NCBI GenBank assembly: GCA_958009085.1
Contig: OY253672.1
Coordinates: forward strand, 186,001-250,000
Length of the DNA: 64,000 bases
Source: Protoeuglena noctilucae
Taxonomy: Eukaryota
Direction of reading: 5' to 3'
The stretch's first letter is position 1. Each line of letters opens with the position of its first letter. Of the stretch, positions 61,621-64,000 are shown piece after piece. Below the pieces are notes generated by a model. The model did no database searches. It was given only the letters and a program-made list of their open reading frames with translations, and was not told the DNA's origin. Position numbers and translations under genes: made by a program.

Positions 61621-61978
61621 GGCCCCTTGGATCCAATCACAAAGGGGATAGACGAGAAGAAGGCTCGGTGGCGAGAGCTTGAATAACAACAAAAGTAACT
61701 CGCTGCAGAGCGCACGGGCAGACACAGGAAACAGGGCAAAAACCGCCGCTGACGCAGGCGTCAGAGGCCTGAACCACGAAAACGCTTCTCTTTGTGTCGC
61801 GCTTATTCCCAGAGGTCCAGAAACTCGGTCCAGAAACTTGTGCAGACGCTGCGTCCAAAGGTTCTGTCATTGCTCTTGTCGCGCGCTCGGGCGGCTCGCG
61901 CATCGCGAGCAACGCGTCGTGGGGCGAATTCCCCGGCATCCCATGGTTATTTCCGCCGCCGTGGCGAGGGTAGCGATC

Positions 61979-64000
61979 ATGTCATTGAACATGGCTCTGG
62001 ACGCTGCCAGGGCAGCTCCTGGGGCGTCTTCGCTGCGCACTGCTGCGCCCCTCGCGCGGGGCTGGCTGCTGGGCCTGCGGTCTCAGCCGCTGCCGTTGTC
62101 GTGGCTGGCCAACGGCGTCACGCGCACCTCTATGCGATGCCTCGCTGGCAAGGCGGACGGTCGTCCCCGGCACGTGAAGCCCGAGCTGCCGCCGGACTTC
62201 AGGCGAGTCAACCGAGTCGTTCCCGAGCCGTTCCGCCCCGCGCCTTCAGTGCTGTGGTGGCGACACCAGTGCAGTGGGGCCACGCCAGCCGCATCGACCT
62301 GCCCGCTCGCTCTGCCTTGCAGCATGACAGAGGTGACGGCCAGCGGGTGCTGCGAGGGGTGCGGGGTGACGTTGCAGAGGGAGGACCCCGACAAGCCCGG
62401 TTTCTTCCGGGTCCCCGAGAAACTGATCGAGGAGATTCTGGCAAATCGGCGGGCGGCAGCAGAGGGGCCTGAAAGTGAGGCCTGGGGTCTGCGCACGAGC
62501 GCGAGAGTAGCAGCTTGGGTCTTGGTGTGACTGGACCAAGTGCATGGCCCGCGCAGGCATGGCGGCGAGGATTCGCGAGGCACAGGAGGCTGAGGATATG
62601 GAGGGCGAGGGAGACGAGGAGGAGTTGGGGGAGTTGATGGGCGCTGATGGCTTGGACGACGCGGGGCGAGCGGGGGCCGGGGGCATGCCTTGGGAGGAAG
62701 GGGGCGACGAGGGGCTGATTTCCATGGTGGTGGACGACCCGGAACTCGAAGCGCGGCTGGGAGGGGGGCGGAGGGACCGGGGCGGGTACGTGCGGGACGA
62801 GGAGATTATGGAGATGCTGGAGGGCGAGCGGCGAGGGGTCACCGGGGCAGAGGTGGGTTGGGCCGTGTCGGGAATCTGATGAAAAGGTCTGCGAGTGTTT
62901 GGTTCGAATATGCATGGCCTGTGTGCGTCGCTGCAGGCGCTAGCTCTGGAGGGCAACTACGCGGGGGAGGGCGTGGACGTCGTGGATGCGTTTGGGGCCA
63001 TGGCGGAGAGCTGGCTGGACGGGGGCCAGGGGAAGCGGCCAGCTATGCGGGACCAGGACATGGCCGGCCGGCCCAAGGTCCTCTGCGCGCGGTGCTTCAG
63101 GCGAGGGGCATGGTGGCGGGCATGGGTCCGCTGGGGGCGGGCGAGGTGATGCTGAGCGATTCAACAGTCGAGGGGTGCTATGACTCTCAGAGCCACGCCT
63201 TGCGGCAGAAGTGCCGTCCCCCGGGGCAGCTGACACCCCGGGGTTTCCATCGTTGCAGTGCATATGGCACGTGGCCCGCCCCCGCTAGGTCTCCCCACCC
63301 GAAGGCAAAGGGGTCGCCCACCCCGGGTTCTTGCACCCCTAGCCCCCTCGCTGCGCCCTAGGGCAGAATCGCCGTCCCAGAGTGGGACGATGCAGCCACG
63401 GGGGCGGGCGAGGGTGTGGGGGCACGCGACGCGACGCCCTTTGCCTATGCGCAGCCTGATCAACTACGGGCGCGTCAAGTCGGCGGAGGCAGAGGCACTG
63501 CTGCCCGAGTTCGACCTGCGCCGGCGGGTGGGGCGCAAGCTCGAGTCCCTCCGCGGGCGCAAGGGCGTCGTGGCGGTGGTGGTGGACGTGGCGGACTTTG
63601 ACGGCTCCCTGCCCCGATGGGCCCTGCAGCAGCTGCTGCCGCGCGACGCGGAGGGGCGCGCGTGCACCACGCCCGGCGTGCGGCTGGTGGTGCTCGCCAA
63701 CAAGGTGGACCTGCTGCCTCGATACGTCTCCGCCGATCGCCTCGAGATGTGGGTCCGGAGGCGCGCGCGGCAGGCGAGGAGCGTGGCGGGTGGGGAGCCC
63801 GCACGGTCAGCTGCGTCAGGCCCGTGACCACCCTCGCGCCCTCCCCCGTGCCCAGGGTGGCCTGCCCCGCCCTGACGCGGTGGTGCTCACGTCCGCGCGC
63901 ACGGGGTTCGGCATCGCCAGGGCCGTGGAGGAGATGGAGGTGCTGGCGGGGGACCGTGGCCAGGTTTTTGTGGTGGGGGCCCAGAACGCGGGCAAGTCAT
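61979..64000 (+). CDS. Circularly permuted YqeH-family GTPase (BPG2/At4g10620-like), truncated by window end
   Basis: CEGCG..PGFF and CARCF|SLINYG zinc pair, VVDVADFDGSLP, G4 NKVDLLP before G1 GAQNAGKS. Transit-like N-terminus. Confidence 0.92.

Noticed and set aside
1..64000. Reassigned stop codons as the cause of fragmented ORFs
   Set aside because: Breaks map to introns, and TAA, TAG and TGA all end well-conserved genes.

Overview
Gene-dense, very GC-rich eukaryotic DNA with many short spliceosomal introns. Gene content (plant/algal-type NDUFB8, FHA2, ABCI20, ECHIA, BPG2-like YqeH GTPase, transit peptides) points to a green alga (inference). I reconstructed about 22 intron-containing genes by hand: DNA ligase I (partial); a pseudokinase-RING-Rcat-beta-helix fusion; FHA2-like; NOM1/SGD1; an FMN-binding split-barrel protein; an unknown helical protein; an ABCG half transporter; peroxisomal enoyl-CoA hydratase; CreA; an ARM-TIR-SAM protein; a membrane-anchored PIN protein; a class-3 lipase; ER HSP70 (HYOU1/GRP170); a small zinc-finger protein; NDUFB8; a J-domain protein; ABCI20/CAF16; DUF3605; TPX2; an MtnA-MtnK fusion; PsuG; a large ankyrin protein; TFIIH p44; and a YqeH/BPG2 GTPase (partial). 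Most long ORFs in the supplied track are GC-rich shadows or read through introns. Highlights: (1) a SARM1-like domain set in a different order (ARM-TIR-SAM, catalytic Glu intact) next to a PIN nuclease and a lipase, (2) the pseudokinase/ubiquitin-ligase/beta-helix chimera, (3) a very high frequency of GC-AG introns, (4) the methionine-salvage fusion. Family calls come from motif recognition, not database searches. Gene coordinates span introns, and several starts are approximate.
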